Positions 47,593-62,163 of a stretch of DNA of 64,000 bases are shown here, piece by piece. The notes beneath the pieces were generated by a model. It did not search any database. It was given only the letters and a program-made list of their open reading frames with translations, and had not been told where the DNA came from. The stretch is from assembly GCF_039654945.1 (NCBI RefSeq), contig NW_027362082.1:496001-560000 (forward strand), given 5' to 3'. How positions within the stretch are numbered: the first letter of the stretch is position 1; each line of letters opens with the position of its first letter. Position numbers and translations under genes: made by a program. The stretch is from Dendrobates tinctorius (Eukaryota).

Positions 47593-50500
47593 CCCCTTCA
47601 CTACCAAGGGTGGTTTGCACGTTAACTCCCGGGCCAATTTTTACAATTCTGACCACTGTACCTTTATGAGGTCATAACTCTGGAACGCTTTCATGGATCC
47701 CGGTGATTCTGACATTGTTTTCTCGTGACATATTGTACTTCATGGTAGTGGTAAAATTGCATTCAAATAACTTGCATTTATTTGTGAAAAAAACGGAAAT
47801 TTGGCGAAAATTTCGCAATTTTCCAACTTTGAATTTTTATGCCCTTAAATCACAGCGATACGGCACACAAAAAACTTAATACATAACATTTCCCACATGT
47901 TTACTTTACATCAGCACAATTTTGGAACCCAAATTTTTTTTGTTAGGAAGTTATAAGGGTTAAAAATTGACCAGCGATTTCTCATTTTTGCAACACCATT
48001 TTATTTTTAGGGACCACTTCACATTTGAAGCCACTTTGAGGGGTCTATATGATAGAAAATACCCAAAAGTGACACCATTATAAAAACTGCACCCCTTAAG
48101 GTGCTTAAAACCACATTCAAGAAGTTTATTAACCCTTTAGGTGCGTCACAGGAATTTTTTGAATATTAAAAAAAAAAATGAACATTTAACTTTTTTTCAC
48201 AAAAAAAATACTTCAGGTTCAATTTTCTTTATTTTACCAAGGGTAACAGGAGAAATTGGACTGCAAAAGTTATTGTGCAATTTGTCCTGAGTACGCTGAT
48301 ACCTGATATGTGGGGGGGAACCACTGTTTCGGCGCATGGCAGACCTCAGTAGGGAAGGAGCGCTGTTTGACTTTTTCAATGCAAAATTGGCTGGAATTCA
48401 GATCGGACGCCATGTCGCGTTTGGAGAGCCCCTGATGTACCTAAACAGTGGAAACCCCCCAAGTGACCCCATTTTGGAAACTAGACCCCCCAAGGAACTT
48501 ATCTAGATATGTGGTGAGAACTTTGAACCCACAAGGGCTTCACAGAAGTTTATAACGTACAGCGGTACAATTAAAAAATCATATTTTTTCCACAAAAATG
48601 ATCTTTTCACCCCCAATTTTTATTTTTCCAAAAGTAACAGGACCCTAAAAGTTATTGTGCAATTTATCCTGAGTACGCTGATACCCCACATGTGGGTATA
48701 AACCACTATTTGGGCGCATGGCAGAGCTCGGAAGGGAAGCAGCGCCATTTGACGTTTTTGGCTGGAATTGAGATCAGACACCATGTCGCGTTAGGAAAGC
48801 CCCTGATGTACCAAAACAGTAGAAACCCCCCACAAATGACACCATTTTGGAAACTAGACCCCCCAAGGAACTTATCTAGATGTGTGGTGAGCACTTTGAA
48901 CCCCCCAGTGCTTCACTGAAGTTTATAACGTCCGGGCGTGAAAATAAAAAAATCGTATTTTTTCCACAAACATGATCTTTTAGTCCCCATTTTTTTATTT
49001 TCCCAAGGGTAACAGGAGAAATTGGACCCCAAAAGTTGTTGTCCAATTTGTCCTGAGTACGCTGATACCTCATATGTGGGAGAAAACTACTGTATGGGCA
49101 CACGTCGGGGCTCGGAAGGGAAGTAGTGACATTTTGGAATGCAGACTTTGATGGATTGGTCTGCGGGTGTCATGTGCGTTTGGAGAGCCCCTGATGTACC
49201 TAAACAGTGGAAACCCCCCACAAATGACCCCATTTTGGAAACTAGACCCCCTAAGGAACTTATCTAGATGTGTGGTGAGCACTTTGAACCCCCCAGTGCT
49301 TCACAGAAGTTTATAACGACCGGGCGTGAAAATAAAAATATCGTATTTTTTCAACAAACATCATCTTTTAGTCCCCATTTTTTTTATTTTCCCAAGGGTA
49401 ACAGGAGAAATTGGACCCCAAAAGTTGTTGTCCAATTTGTCCTGAGTACGCTGATACCTCATATGTGGGAGAAAACTACTGTATGGGCACACGTCGGGGC
49501 TCGGAAGGGAAGTAGTGACGTTTTGGAATGCAGACTTTGATGGATTGGTATGCGGGTGTCATGTGCGTTTGGAGAGCCCCTGATGTACCTAAACTATTGA
49601 AACTCCCCACAAGTGACCCCATTTTGGAAACTAGACCCCCCACGGAGCTTATCTAGATGTGTGGAGAGCACTTTGAACCCCCAAGTGCTTCACAGAAGTT
49701 TATAACGCCTGGGCGTGAAAATAAAAAAAACATTTTTTTCCGCAAAATTATATTTTTGCCCCCAATTTTTTATTTTCCTAAGGGTAACAGGAGAAATTGG
49801 ACTCCAAAAGTTGTTTTGTAATTTGTCCTGAGTAGGCTGATACCCTACATGTGGGGGTAAAACACTGTTTGTGCACATGGCAGAGCTTGGAAGGGAAGGA
49901 GCACCATTTGACTTTTTCAACGCAGAATTGGCTGGAATTGAGATCAGACGCCATGTTGCCTTTGGAGAGCACCTGATGTGCCCAAACAGTGGAAACCCCC
50001 AATTATAACTCCAACCCTAACCTCAACACACCCCTAACCCTAATCTGAGCCCTAGCCCTAACCCTAGCCCTAACCCTAGCGGGAAAATGGAAATAAATAC
50101 ATTTTCTTTTAGTTTTATTATTTTTCCCTTACTAAGGGGGTGATAACGGGGGGTTTGATTTACGATTTATGGCGGTTTTTATGTTTGGCGGCTGTCACAC
50201 GCTAAAAGACGCTTTTTATTGTAAAAATAGTTTTTGCATCACCACATATTGTGAGCTATAATTTTTCCGTATTTTGACCCACCGAGTCATGTGAGGTCTT
50301 ATTTTTTGCGGGACAAGTTGACGTTTTTATTGGTACCATTTTCGGGCACGTGACATTTTTTGATCGCTTTTTATTCCGATTTTTGGGGAGCAGAATGAAC
50401 AAAAACCAGCGTTTCATGAATTTCTTTTGGGGGGGTGCGTTTACACCGTTCCGCGTGCGGTAAAATTGATAACGCATTTTTATTCTCCGGGTCGGTACGG

Positions 50501-51536
50501 TTACAGCGATACCTCATTTAGGTCGTTTTTTTATGTTTTGTCGGTTTTTTGCAATGAAAACTATTTTATATAAAAAATAATTATTTTTGTATCGCTTTAT
50601 TCTGCGAGCTATAACTTTTTTATTTTTTTGTGGATGATGCTGTATGGTGGCTCGTTTTTTGCGGGACAAGATGACGTTTTCAGCGGTACCATGCATATTT
50701 ATATCTGCCTTTTTGATCGCGCGTTATTGCACTTTTTGTTCAGTGGTATGATAATAAATCATTATTTTTTGCTTCGTTTTTTATTTTTTAAGGGGTTCGC
50801 TAAAGGGGTTAACTAATGGGACAGTTTTATAGGGCAGGTCATTACGGACGCGGCGATACCAAATATGTGTACTTTTATTGTTTTTGGTTTTTTTTATTTT
50901 GGATAAATGGATTTATTGGGGAATATTTTTTTTTTTTTTTACTAATTTATTTAGCGATTTTTTTTTAATTATTTTTAACACTTTTTTTTTACTTTATTAC
51001 CTTGTCCCAGGTGGGACATCACTGTCCTGTGACAGATCGCTGATCTGTCACATCACAGATCACTGTGACAGATCAGCGATCTGACACAGGCACTGCTGAA
51101 GGCTTCCTCATGCCTGCGCTTTGCAGGCACTGAGGAAGCCAGCTTCCTCAGGCCCCTGAAGGCCCCCGTCGCCATCTTGGATTCGGGGGCCTGGAGGAAA
51201 GGAGCCCCCCCGCAGCAGCGCTGCACATTCCGCTGCCGTGGGGGGCTCAGGGAAGCACGGAGGGAGCCCCCTCCCTGCCGATGCTTCCCTTTAACCCCCG
51301 GTACACCGCGATCGCTTTTGATCGCGGTGTGCAAGGGGTTAACGTGTCGGGGGCGGTCCGTGACCGCCCCTGACACATTGTGCCGGGTGTCAGCTATGAT
51401 AATTAGCTGACACTCGGCCACGATCAGCGGCGCTCACCACGTGGGCGCCGCTGATCGCGATGACGTAATATTCCGTCCATGGTAATTAGGTCCATGGTCA
51501 CATGGACGGAATATTACGTCAATTGTAGGTAAGGGG
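47593..51536. mobile_element. Non-autonomous piggyBac, 3.9 kb, present only in copy B
   Basis: TTAA 47589-47592 and 51537-51540; single TTAA at the empty site 38935-38938; same family as 13086-17419. Confidence 0.95.
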
Positions 51537-52345
51537 TTAAAGGCACCATAATTTCTGTCCAGGCCAAATTCATAAGTTTTATTTTTTTAAAAGTACTGTG
51601 GAAGCATGGTTGAAAAGCAATATCTGACTTTCATTTGCTTCAAGTTATTTCTGTGACCATTGTGGGTTTATCTGTCAGTAAACGAGGGGTTCCAACAATT
51701 TTGACCACGTGTGTAGGAGGAGTGAATATTTTGACTCCACAGCCTCTTTCCGGAAATTAACACGCAGTGGATGTTGGAGAGTGAAAATTACACATTTGCC
51801 ATTTTCTTACCCAGCACATAGTGCCCAGATTGTGCTCCAGGAGACACACACCGCAAATTAAGTGGGTTCTTCTTCCTATAATATTGCAAAATACAGAGAT
51901 CCTAAATGTTGTTTGCGCACACTGCAAGACTCCGACATGAGAGCGGATTTTGCTGGATTGGTTTATAGAAACTCTGTTGCTTTTCAACAGCCTTTGAGCC
52001 ACTAATAGTGTGGGAACCTCTGTTTTTCCACTGACAGATGATGGACCTGAGTGAGGACTTGTTTTTTGTGAGATGAGAATTGGTATTATTTTCGCCTACA
52101 TAACATTGATTGTTCATTCTGCCTCCCAAATATCAAATATAAAGAAACCAAACAGTTGAACACCACACACTACTCGTTCATCCTTCAAGGTTTTATGTTA
52201 GACTGTGAACTGTCATTGTCTTGGTAAATAATTATAGTTTTTTTTACATAGCTTGCCATTTTTATGGACAGTTTAAATAGAAATGTTCAAAAATATAAAA
52301 CTCAAGGATATTTTATTAAAAAAATAATTGTTTTTATCTAAGCAG

Positions 52346-53580
52346 ATGACTGTACCAGGAAAGCAGAGGGACAGCTGACATCTTCAGATTTTAAATCTGA
52401 TGATCTTGAGATCTTACAAGATACAACTAAAGTGAATGCCATTACTCCAGATATATCATCATCCATTCACAGCAAAGATCTGTCATATAAGCCTATGAAA
52501 CAGGTCCCATCTCCTGATTCATTACTGACTACTAAGGAAAATCAAAGTAAAAAAAGATTCATTAAAAAACAAACTGCTCCTAAAGCAAAGAAGCCTTTTT
52601 CCTGTTCAGAATGTGGGAAACGTTTTAACCGGAAATCAGATTTGGTTAATCACCATAGAACTCACACAGGGGAGAAGCCTTTTTCCTGCTCAGAATGTGA
52701 GAAATGTTTCAACCATAAAGGGAATCTTGTTAAACACCAAAGAACTCACACAGGGGAGAAGCCTTTTTCTTGTTCAGAATGTGGAAAATGTTTTGCATGT
52801 AAATCACATTTTGTTAGCCACCAGAGAGCTCACACAGGAGGGAAGCCATATTCATGTTCAGAATGTGGGAAATGTTCTAAACGGAAAGCTCTTCTTGTTA
52901 GGCTGGTTTCACATTTGCGCTTTTGTGCGCAGCGCATCGTGCGCACCCGTGCGCATGCGCACTGCGCACCTATGTTTAACATGACGTGCGCATGTTTTTG
53001 CGCACACTTGCGTTTTCGTGCGCATGCGTTTTTTTGCCTTTGGCGCCAGACTCAACATGTTGGATTTTTTGGTGCGCCCTGTCTCGGCAAAAAAACGCAT
53101 GCGCACGCTTGCGCACGGAATGCGCAAAAACAACACATTGAAGTCTATGGTAACGCATGCGTGCGCATGGTCTTGCGCACGGTTGCGTTTTTTTACGCAT
53201 GCGTTTTTGAGTGAAACAAGTCTAGAATGTTCTCTAGACAATGGAAAAAAACGTCACACTTAAAAACGCATGCGCATAAAAAACGCCAACGCATGCAAAA
53301 AACGCATGTAAAACGCAAACAACGCTGCGTTTTTTTTACACATCAGCGTGCGCATGACGTTAAAAAAACGCGCATTTGTTTTGCGTTTTTCTTTGCGTTT
53401 TTTATGCGCCCGATGCGCTGCGCAAAAAAACGCTAATGTGAAACTAGCCTTAGACATCGGAGCAGTCACACAGAGGAGAAGCCTTTTTCATTTTCTTAAT
53501 GTGGGAAATATTTTACTTGGAAATCAACTGTTAATAAATATCAGAGACGTCACATAGGGGAGAAGCCTTTTTTATGTTCA
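52346..53580 (+). pseudogene. Duplicated C2H2 terminal exon (two fingers fewer; last finger interrupted by a MITE)
   Basis: Acceptor AG 52344-52345; ORF 52432-53214 reads three full fingers, then into the MITE. Confidence 0.85.
52901..53449. mobile_element. Harbinger/PIF MITE, TTA TSD
   Basis: TTA|GGCTGGTTTCACATTTGCG ... CGCTAATGTGAAACTAGCC|TTA; empty site CTTGTTAGACATC at ~40455. Confidence 0.93.
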
Positions 53581-54324
53581 TAGTGTTGAAATAGTTTTAA
53601 CGGAAATTGGATCTTCTTAAATGGGTTGTCTCTTGTCATTCCTCATGTTTGCTGACAAAATTAAACTTTATTAATTCCAAATCTAAAATTGTACCCATAA
53701 TTCACCCCCTGCAGGTTAGTCAGTAACATAGTAACATAGCTATTAAGGTTGAAGGAAGACTTTAAGTCCATTTAGTTCAACCCATATCCTAACCTAGCAT
53801 GTGTGTGTGTGGGGATCAAGCAGAGAGTAGAGTGTGTGTGGGGGGTCAGGCAGAGAGTAGAGTGCGTGTGGGGATCAAGCAGAGAGTAGAGTGTGTGTGG
53901 GGGCTAGGCAGGAAGTGTCTGAGGTCTGGTTTTTAATTTTTTCCTAATTTTTTTTCCTGACTTTTTGGAGCTGAAACTAAAGTTTTTGAATTTTTTTGTT
54001 CAATTTTTTCTTCAAAAACTCCTTGAGATACTCATCTTAAAGAAGTGGTGAAATCTTGCTCTTATTCTTCATGGCAGATTTCCATAAATTGGTAATACTG
54101 GAAGGGCATCTGTGTATGATTTGGGAGAAAGTTTAAAAAAAATAAAGAGACATGTAAAATAAAACAGCTTGATCTCTGCTTGTTGGTGTGAACAGCTCAG
54201 ATGCAGCCCTATGGTAACAGACTAGAAACAAATCTGTGTAGTCAGAGTCTTCAGGCCACATTGGTTGAGAAATTACATCTTCCAGAAATCTTTAGATGCG
54301 TGGGCTGAGCAGTTCATTACATAC

Positions 54325-54490
54325 TTGTAGATTGTGAGCCCTCGCGGGCAGGGTCCTCTCTCCTCCTGTACCAGTTATGACTTGTATTGTTTAAGATTAT
54401 TGTACTTTTATTATGTATACCCCTCCTTACATGTAAAGCGCCATGGAATAGATGGCGCTATAACAATAAATAATAATAATAATAATAATA
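54325..54490 (+). mobile_element. L2 3' end fragment with (AAT)n tail
   Basis: TGTAAAGCGCCATGGAATAGATGGCGCTATAACAATAAATAAT...; similar piece at 57345-57508. Confidence 0.75.
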
Positions 54491-54491
54491 G

Positions 54492-56102
54492 TGGAATGTG
54501 TTGATAACAATAAAACATAATGATCAATGTAAATTACAGTATCCCACGGAGAGCTGGATTTGGAATGATGCTCAAAATCAAGGAGAAAAATCTAATTACA
54601 GGCTGGTCCAACTTCAGTGGAAAGTCCTCTAGAAAAAGAAATGATGCTCAGGAATGTGTGTGGCCTCCATCTGCCTGTATGACCTCCCTACAATGCCTGG
54701 GCATTCTCCTGATGAGGCGAATGTTCTCCTCAGGGATCTCATCCCTGACCAGGATTAATGTATCAGTTAACTCCTGGACAGTCTGTGGTGCAACGTGGTG
54801 GATGGAACGAGATACAAAGTCACAGATATGCTTGATTGGATTCAGGTCTGGGGAATGGGCACGTCAGTCAATAGCATCAGTGCCTTCATCATGCAGGAAC
54901 TGATGACATTTCAGCCACATGAGGCCTAGCATTGTCATGCAGCAGAAGGAACTCCGGACCCACTGCACGGGCCCATGATCTCACAATGGGTCTGAGGGTC
55001 TCATCCCGGTACTTAATGGCAGTCAGAGTACCTCTGGCTAGCACATAAAGGGATGTGTGGCCCTCCAAAATAATGCCTTCCCATATCATTACTGACCCAC
55101 TGCCAAACCGGTCATGGTGGAGGATGTTGCAGGCAGCAGAACTTTCTCCACAGTGTCTCCAGACTCACGTCTGTAACATGCTCAGGGTGAACCTGCTGTC
55201 ATTCATGAAGAGCACAAGGCACCAATGTTGAATCTGCCAATCTTGGTGTTCTCTGGCAAATGCCAATCACCGTGCACAGTGTTGGGCTGTAAGCACAACA
55301 CCCACTTGTGGACATTGGGCCCTCAAACCATCTTTATGGAGTCTGTTTCTGACAGTCTGAGCTAATTATGCAAATTGTCTCATCAGAGAGGAAGAGGACC
55401 AGAACTCTAGTGCCACCTATTGGAAGTAGCAATCCTAAAAGTCAATGTCGACCCTTTAACGAGCCTTGTTACATGACTTAGGATAAAAGCCAAGCCAGAC
55501 AGTCTGAGCAGACACATGGATGTTAGTGGACTGCTGGAGGTCGTTTTGCAGGTCTCTGGCACTGCTCCTCATATTCCTCCTTGCACAAAGGAGGAGGTAG
55601 CAGTCCTGCTGCTGGATTGTGGCCCTCCTATGGCCCCCTCCATGTCTCCTGGTGTACTGGCCTGCTTCCTGGTATCTGCTCCATGCTCTGGACACTGCTG
55701 ACAAACACAGCTACCGTTCTCGCCACAGCTCGCACTGATGTGCCATCCTGGAAGAGCTTCACTACCTGAGCAACTTCTATGGGTTGTAGATACTGCCTCA
55801 TGCTACTGTACACGCTCTAGAGATGACAGCAATGACAAAACGCAAAAGTGACCAAAACAACAGCCAAGAAGGATGAGATCAGAGAAATGGTCTGTTGTCA
55901 CCCCCTGCAGAATCCTCCTTTATAGGGTTGTCATGCTAATTGCCGATCATTTCTACCTGTTGTTTGTTCCATTTGCACAACAGCAGGAGGAACTGATTCA
56001 CAATCAGTGTTGTATCATCACTGGACAGGTTATCTTACAGAAGTGATTGACTTTGAGTTACATCGTGTTGTATAAGTGTTCCCTTTATTTTTTTTGCGCA
56101 AT
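54492..56102 (-). mobile_element. Old Tc1 element, heavily degenerate
   Basis: LLHDNARPH, WARQS/SPDLNPIKH remnants; N-terminal VAQVVKLFQDGTSVRAVAR; end AAGTGTTCCCTTTATTTTTTTG. Confidence 0.75.
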
Positions 56103-56219
56103 ATATTATAATATCTACTTAATAAACAGTGCCCTCATCGATATTCTACATCATAACGTATCCTTTCAATATCACATTCATTTGTTTGTCATAAATTACA
56201 TTTATGTATTTTCTGATTA

Positions 56220-56620
56220 GTGATGAGCGAACGTGCTTGCTATTCCTCGTTACTCGCCTGAGTATCACTGTACTCGGCGAGCACAGTGCATATCCGGGAC
56301 TACTCGGCGGGAAATGCTCCACCCAGCATTTTTGGCGGTCTTTAGAGACCCAATCACCATGCAGGGATTGTCTGCCAGGCACTGTAATGCCGCAGCCATC
56401 TTTGTTATGGTCGTGCAGTTATTGGCTGGCCACACAGCATCATCAAGGGTATAAGAGACCGGACACCACCCTGATCGGTGCATTCAACTCTGGATTGAGA
56501 TAGTGTAGGGAGAGCTGCTGCAGAGATAGGGTCAGATTTGGGGAGTTATTAGTCAGTGTGGGGTCTACCATCCTAAATACTCACATCCAGCTAAACCAAC
56601 AGTCCTTCTAAGGACTAATT
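56220..56620. mobile_element. hAT-type MITE left end
   Basis: TAGTGATGAGCGAACGTGCT start with TACTCG repeats; right end not identified. Confidence 0.4.
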
Positions 56621-58593
56621 CCGGAGTATATAGGTTGCAGTGTTATGTGGACAGGGGAGTGTACGTCGCTCTATACATATTAGTGCAAGGCCGGCAAGCA
56701 CTCTATGTGTGTATATACATATCATATGCATACAAATTGTGGCAATTCTGGCCAATATTCCACTGTATTTGCTGTCAGATACCCTAGTCCTCTACACTAT
56801 TTTGGGGTAAAAATACAGGCCACATATTGAACAGTGTGATATCTCGGTAAAAATACTTCTGTTTCAAGTCATTATGGCTGCTTCATGACTGTCTTAAATA
56901 CTCCAACTACTACCACCATCATCTTTTGCCTAGAGGCATTCATTGCGCAGATAGAAAGTCTGAGGAGCAGAGGGTTAACGCTTGGGCGGTGTTGTACTCT
57001 GTCTCTGAATTTAAAGGCAAAATCTTCTAGATTAAATCATGACTGAAAGAGCCAGAGCAAGATCACGCGGAAGAGCAGGACTCGCAACTACTGAAGGCTG
57101 CTGTTCCTGGGCCGCAATCTGAAAATCCATTACCTACTAATACTGAACTGGTTGGATGATGACGTAAAAAAGGAGCCCCTGCACTTTCTGTAACGGAGAT
57201 TTTGACATTTCGGCTGCATTTCAAGAGGTGTCAATTGGAGAGCGTGGTGGTCATAGATGTGACTTCTACACCACCACATGAGCTGCTGCCTCTCCACCAG
57301 CTGAGGCACCGCACCCTCGACCTTCTGTCTCATCCCCATTATCCTGTAGAATGTTAGTCCACAAGGACAAGGTCCTCTACTCTCTGTACCAGTCTGTCAT
57401 TGTAAATTTGTTTACTGTAAACGATATCTATTACTTTGTATGTAACCTCTTCTCATGTACAGAACCATGGAATTAATGGCGCTATATAAATAAATAATTA
57501 TAATAATACTATATGGGTGTTTCCACTAGACAAACCATCCAACATGTTATTGAATCAAAATCGTTTTTCTGACAACTCTGTTCAGCTGTGCCCAAACTGT
57601 CAAATTGGTAGCTAGATCCCAGTGGGTCTTGGCACAGTGTCATGTTGACTACAGTCCACAGATGTTATCTAGATCACTAATCTCACCTCTACTTTACCAG
57701 CACGATGAATTAATAGGAAAAGCACGTGGTATTGATGGTGCTGTTTTCTTGCCAAAGAAACTCAATAAGATCAATGAGGTGGTTAGCCGCACACGGAATG
57801 GAGAAATAGTAAAGATGACAATTCGTTTCACATTTGAGTTAAAACACACTTCACCAACTTGCTTTCACTTTTACATTAGATTCCGAAGCCTTTAAGAAAA
57901 AGATGAATATATTGTGAAGCAAATAGGTATGAATAATTATTATCACCCAAATGATGTTACATATGTCAGAACATACCCAGCCTATCAGTGGGGAAATGAT
58001 TTACCACCGAAATTTTGAAGTATGAGACTAGTGTCATCTTGTGGATTGATATGAGCCACAAAGTCCTTCAAAGTGAAAGTGTTCTGGATGTAATGTACAA
58101 TTTTCTCTTGAAAATTGGAAGAACATGCCTTCTATGATTTTTGCATTAAAGAACTGATTGGCCAGATATGTACGCAGTCAGGATGACCGTGCTGCGGGTA
58201 CCTGTGCTGTGCCGGGTTCGGAACTGTCAAGGCTGCGTTTCCCGAGGGAAGTAATAGGGGAATGGACAGGCTCCATTACCCAGGAAGAGGGGGCATGTAT
58301 AGACCGGGAACGTGGTCGGAAGCTGAGGGAAAAAAACACAAAGCAGGAGTGAGTCCCCAGCTGTGAGCGTGTGAGCAGCAAGGGGGGTAGTGCACAATGC
58401 ACTCGAAGTGCCGACGCTGCAGCGAACTGCAACAGACAGACCCTGTGACCTAGAGGCAGGGGGCCAGCTTAAGAGAAAGGGCACGACAGCAGAGATTTTT
58501 GGTGTGGACAAGCAGCGCAGAGGAGGCTGAGCGGCGTGCTCTGTCCTTAGAGCACAGGCACCGCAAAGGACTTCCCGTCAGCTCCTGCCAATA

Positions 58594-60203
<1,610 letters not shown>

Positions 60204-60344
60204 TAAAAGTGGTACTGCCATTTAGCGAGGTGCCGTGTGCCCAGTGACCGCCAGAGAGCGAGTCACCGTGCACTCCTTGACCATGAGTACAGCACACATG
60301 CGCAGTAGAGAGAGCCAGTTCATGCCACATGTTCAGTGTGTCTG

Positions 60345-60939
60345 TCTTCTAAAGCTAAGTTTTGCTCTGTTATTGTTCTATGAGATTTTGTCTGATTTGC
60401 TTAGTTTTGTGTTCAGGCAGCCCCGACTGGGGCTTTGCTGAATTTCCATTTTTGTCCCTGATCGGTTAAATCTCTTTTGCTCTGTCTTCAGAATATATCG
60501 GAGTGCTGATATAGGGATTTTGAAGTCTAGTGACTTCAGGGCCGTTTTTCCTATCAGACGTGTTGGGACATTTTTTGGTAGGGTTTTTGTGGATTGCAGT
60601 CAGCATCTTTTCTGTCCTTTCCTATCTAGTTAGTTGGGCCCCATCGTTTGCTCTGCCTTTCTTTCTGTCTGTGTTTGTGTTTTCACCGACAATACATGTT
60701 GGGGGCTGTCTATTGCTTTGGGGTCTGCTCTGGGGCAGTTTAGATTTCCCCTTTCTTTCTTTAGGCTTATTTAGTTCTTCGGCTGTGAAGAGGCGTCTAG
60801 GACCACCGTAGGAACGCTCCACGGCTACTGTTAGTTGTGAATAGGATCAGGGGTCTGCAATCCGCTAGCTACCAACCTCTCCGGTTTTCTGGACATAGCT
60901 TGCATTTTTGTTTTTTCCTCCGGTGACTCATTCATAACA
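60345..60939 (+). mobile_element. 5'-truncated LTR of the same family as 19124/40596
   Basis: Ends GGTGACTCATTCATAACA; shares the GGGGCAGTTTAGATTTCCC core. Confidence 0.8.
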
Positions 60940-62078
60940 CATAAGTATCCATACAACCTCGGAGACCGGGCCCCGGCCTTGCGCTGAGAACCTATAGGCA
61001 GGGTTCCTCTTCCAACCCACAACTCCTCTCTGTTCTCTACTCCTTCGTTCCGTACTGTTCTTTCTCTCTCTAATGGAAGCTTAGGTTGCAGTTCTACATC
61101 TTTCTCCTTGTTCCTTTCCCATGCCAGCTGTCTCAGATCACTAAGGCAGCTGCAGCACTCCTTCTTCCTTCCCTCTTGGACCCATCCTCAGACTCTCCTG
61201 ACTGACTGTCCTTCTTTTGCCTGACCTCCCGCCAGACTGACCTGTAATCCTACACTTTCCCACTCTTTTATGTATCTCAACTCCACCCACCTCCCAGCAC
61301 ATCTCGTGTTATAAAGCCAGGAACCACGAAAGGTGCTCTGCTACCCTCTAAGCATGAAGCCGCAATGTGGTCCTGCTGAACTATCCTGTGTGTGGGATGC
61401 AGGTGTTGGAGTGAGGAAAGGAGTTCCCAACTTACCTAGGCGGTGGGGCACTACACCTTAGGAGAAGGTGCAGTACCTCTGTGGCAACAGCCTCAGGGGC
61501 GCCACACTTGCGTTCCATGGACTGGGGTGTGGACAACTGAACGCTGCGGTGGGACAAGGATGTGGACGTGCTTGTTAATGGTGCTAGTTGAGTTTTTGTG
61601 CAACTACAGATGCAGTGAAATTTAGAATTAGCCTGCACACTGTGAGAATTAAAGTGAGGGGCTGGGGTAATGGACCATATAGGCCCTAGACCAGGATAAG
61701 GCCGGGGACACACATGCAAGAAACTCACGATTCTCGTGCGAGTCTGTCGCATGAACACCGGGCACTGCCGCCGACACTCGGACCAGAGTGTGCAGTATGT
61801 ATTTCTATGCAGCCGCAAGCTCTGGTCCGAATGCCAGCGGCAGTGCCGGGTGTTCATGCATAAATAGAAAAGATTTATTGGGGTTTTCACAAGGGAGCGA
61901 TAATTTACAATGTGAGGAAGCAACTACAGTTGTTGATGTTTTCACCCCGCCGGGGTCTTAATCATAATGTTGCTCCATCATAATTAATTATTATTTTTAT
62001 CATTCTATTTTATGTTTTGATTATTTTTTGTTTTTTTTGTATATAGCATTGCAATTTACCCCTTGGGGCTGTGGTACT

Positions 62079-62163
62079 ACCTTATATACACCGACCCGTG
62101 TATAAGCCGACCCCCCTAATTTTGTCACAAAAAAACTTATTGACTCGCGTATAAGCCGAGGGT
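62079..62163. mobile_element. Tc2-like MITE left end preceding the satellite
   Basis: TACCTTATATAC..CCGTGTATAAGCCGAC..ACTCGCGTATAAGCCGAGGG motifs. Confidence 0.5.

Noticed and set aside
57510-58160. Possible hAT transposase relic (minus-strand IPCAANHLIDL)
   Set aside because: One weak motif among many stops; needs a translated profile search.
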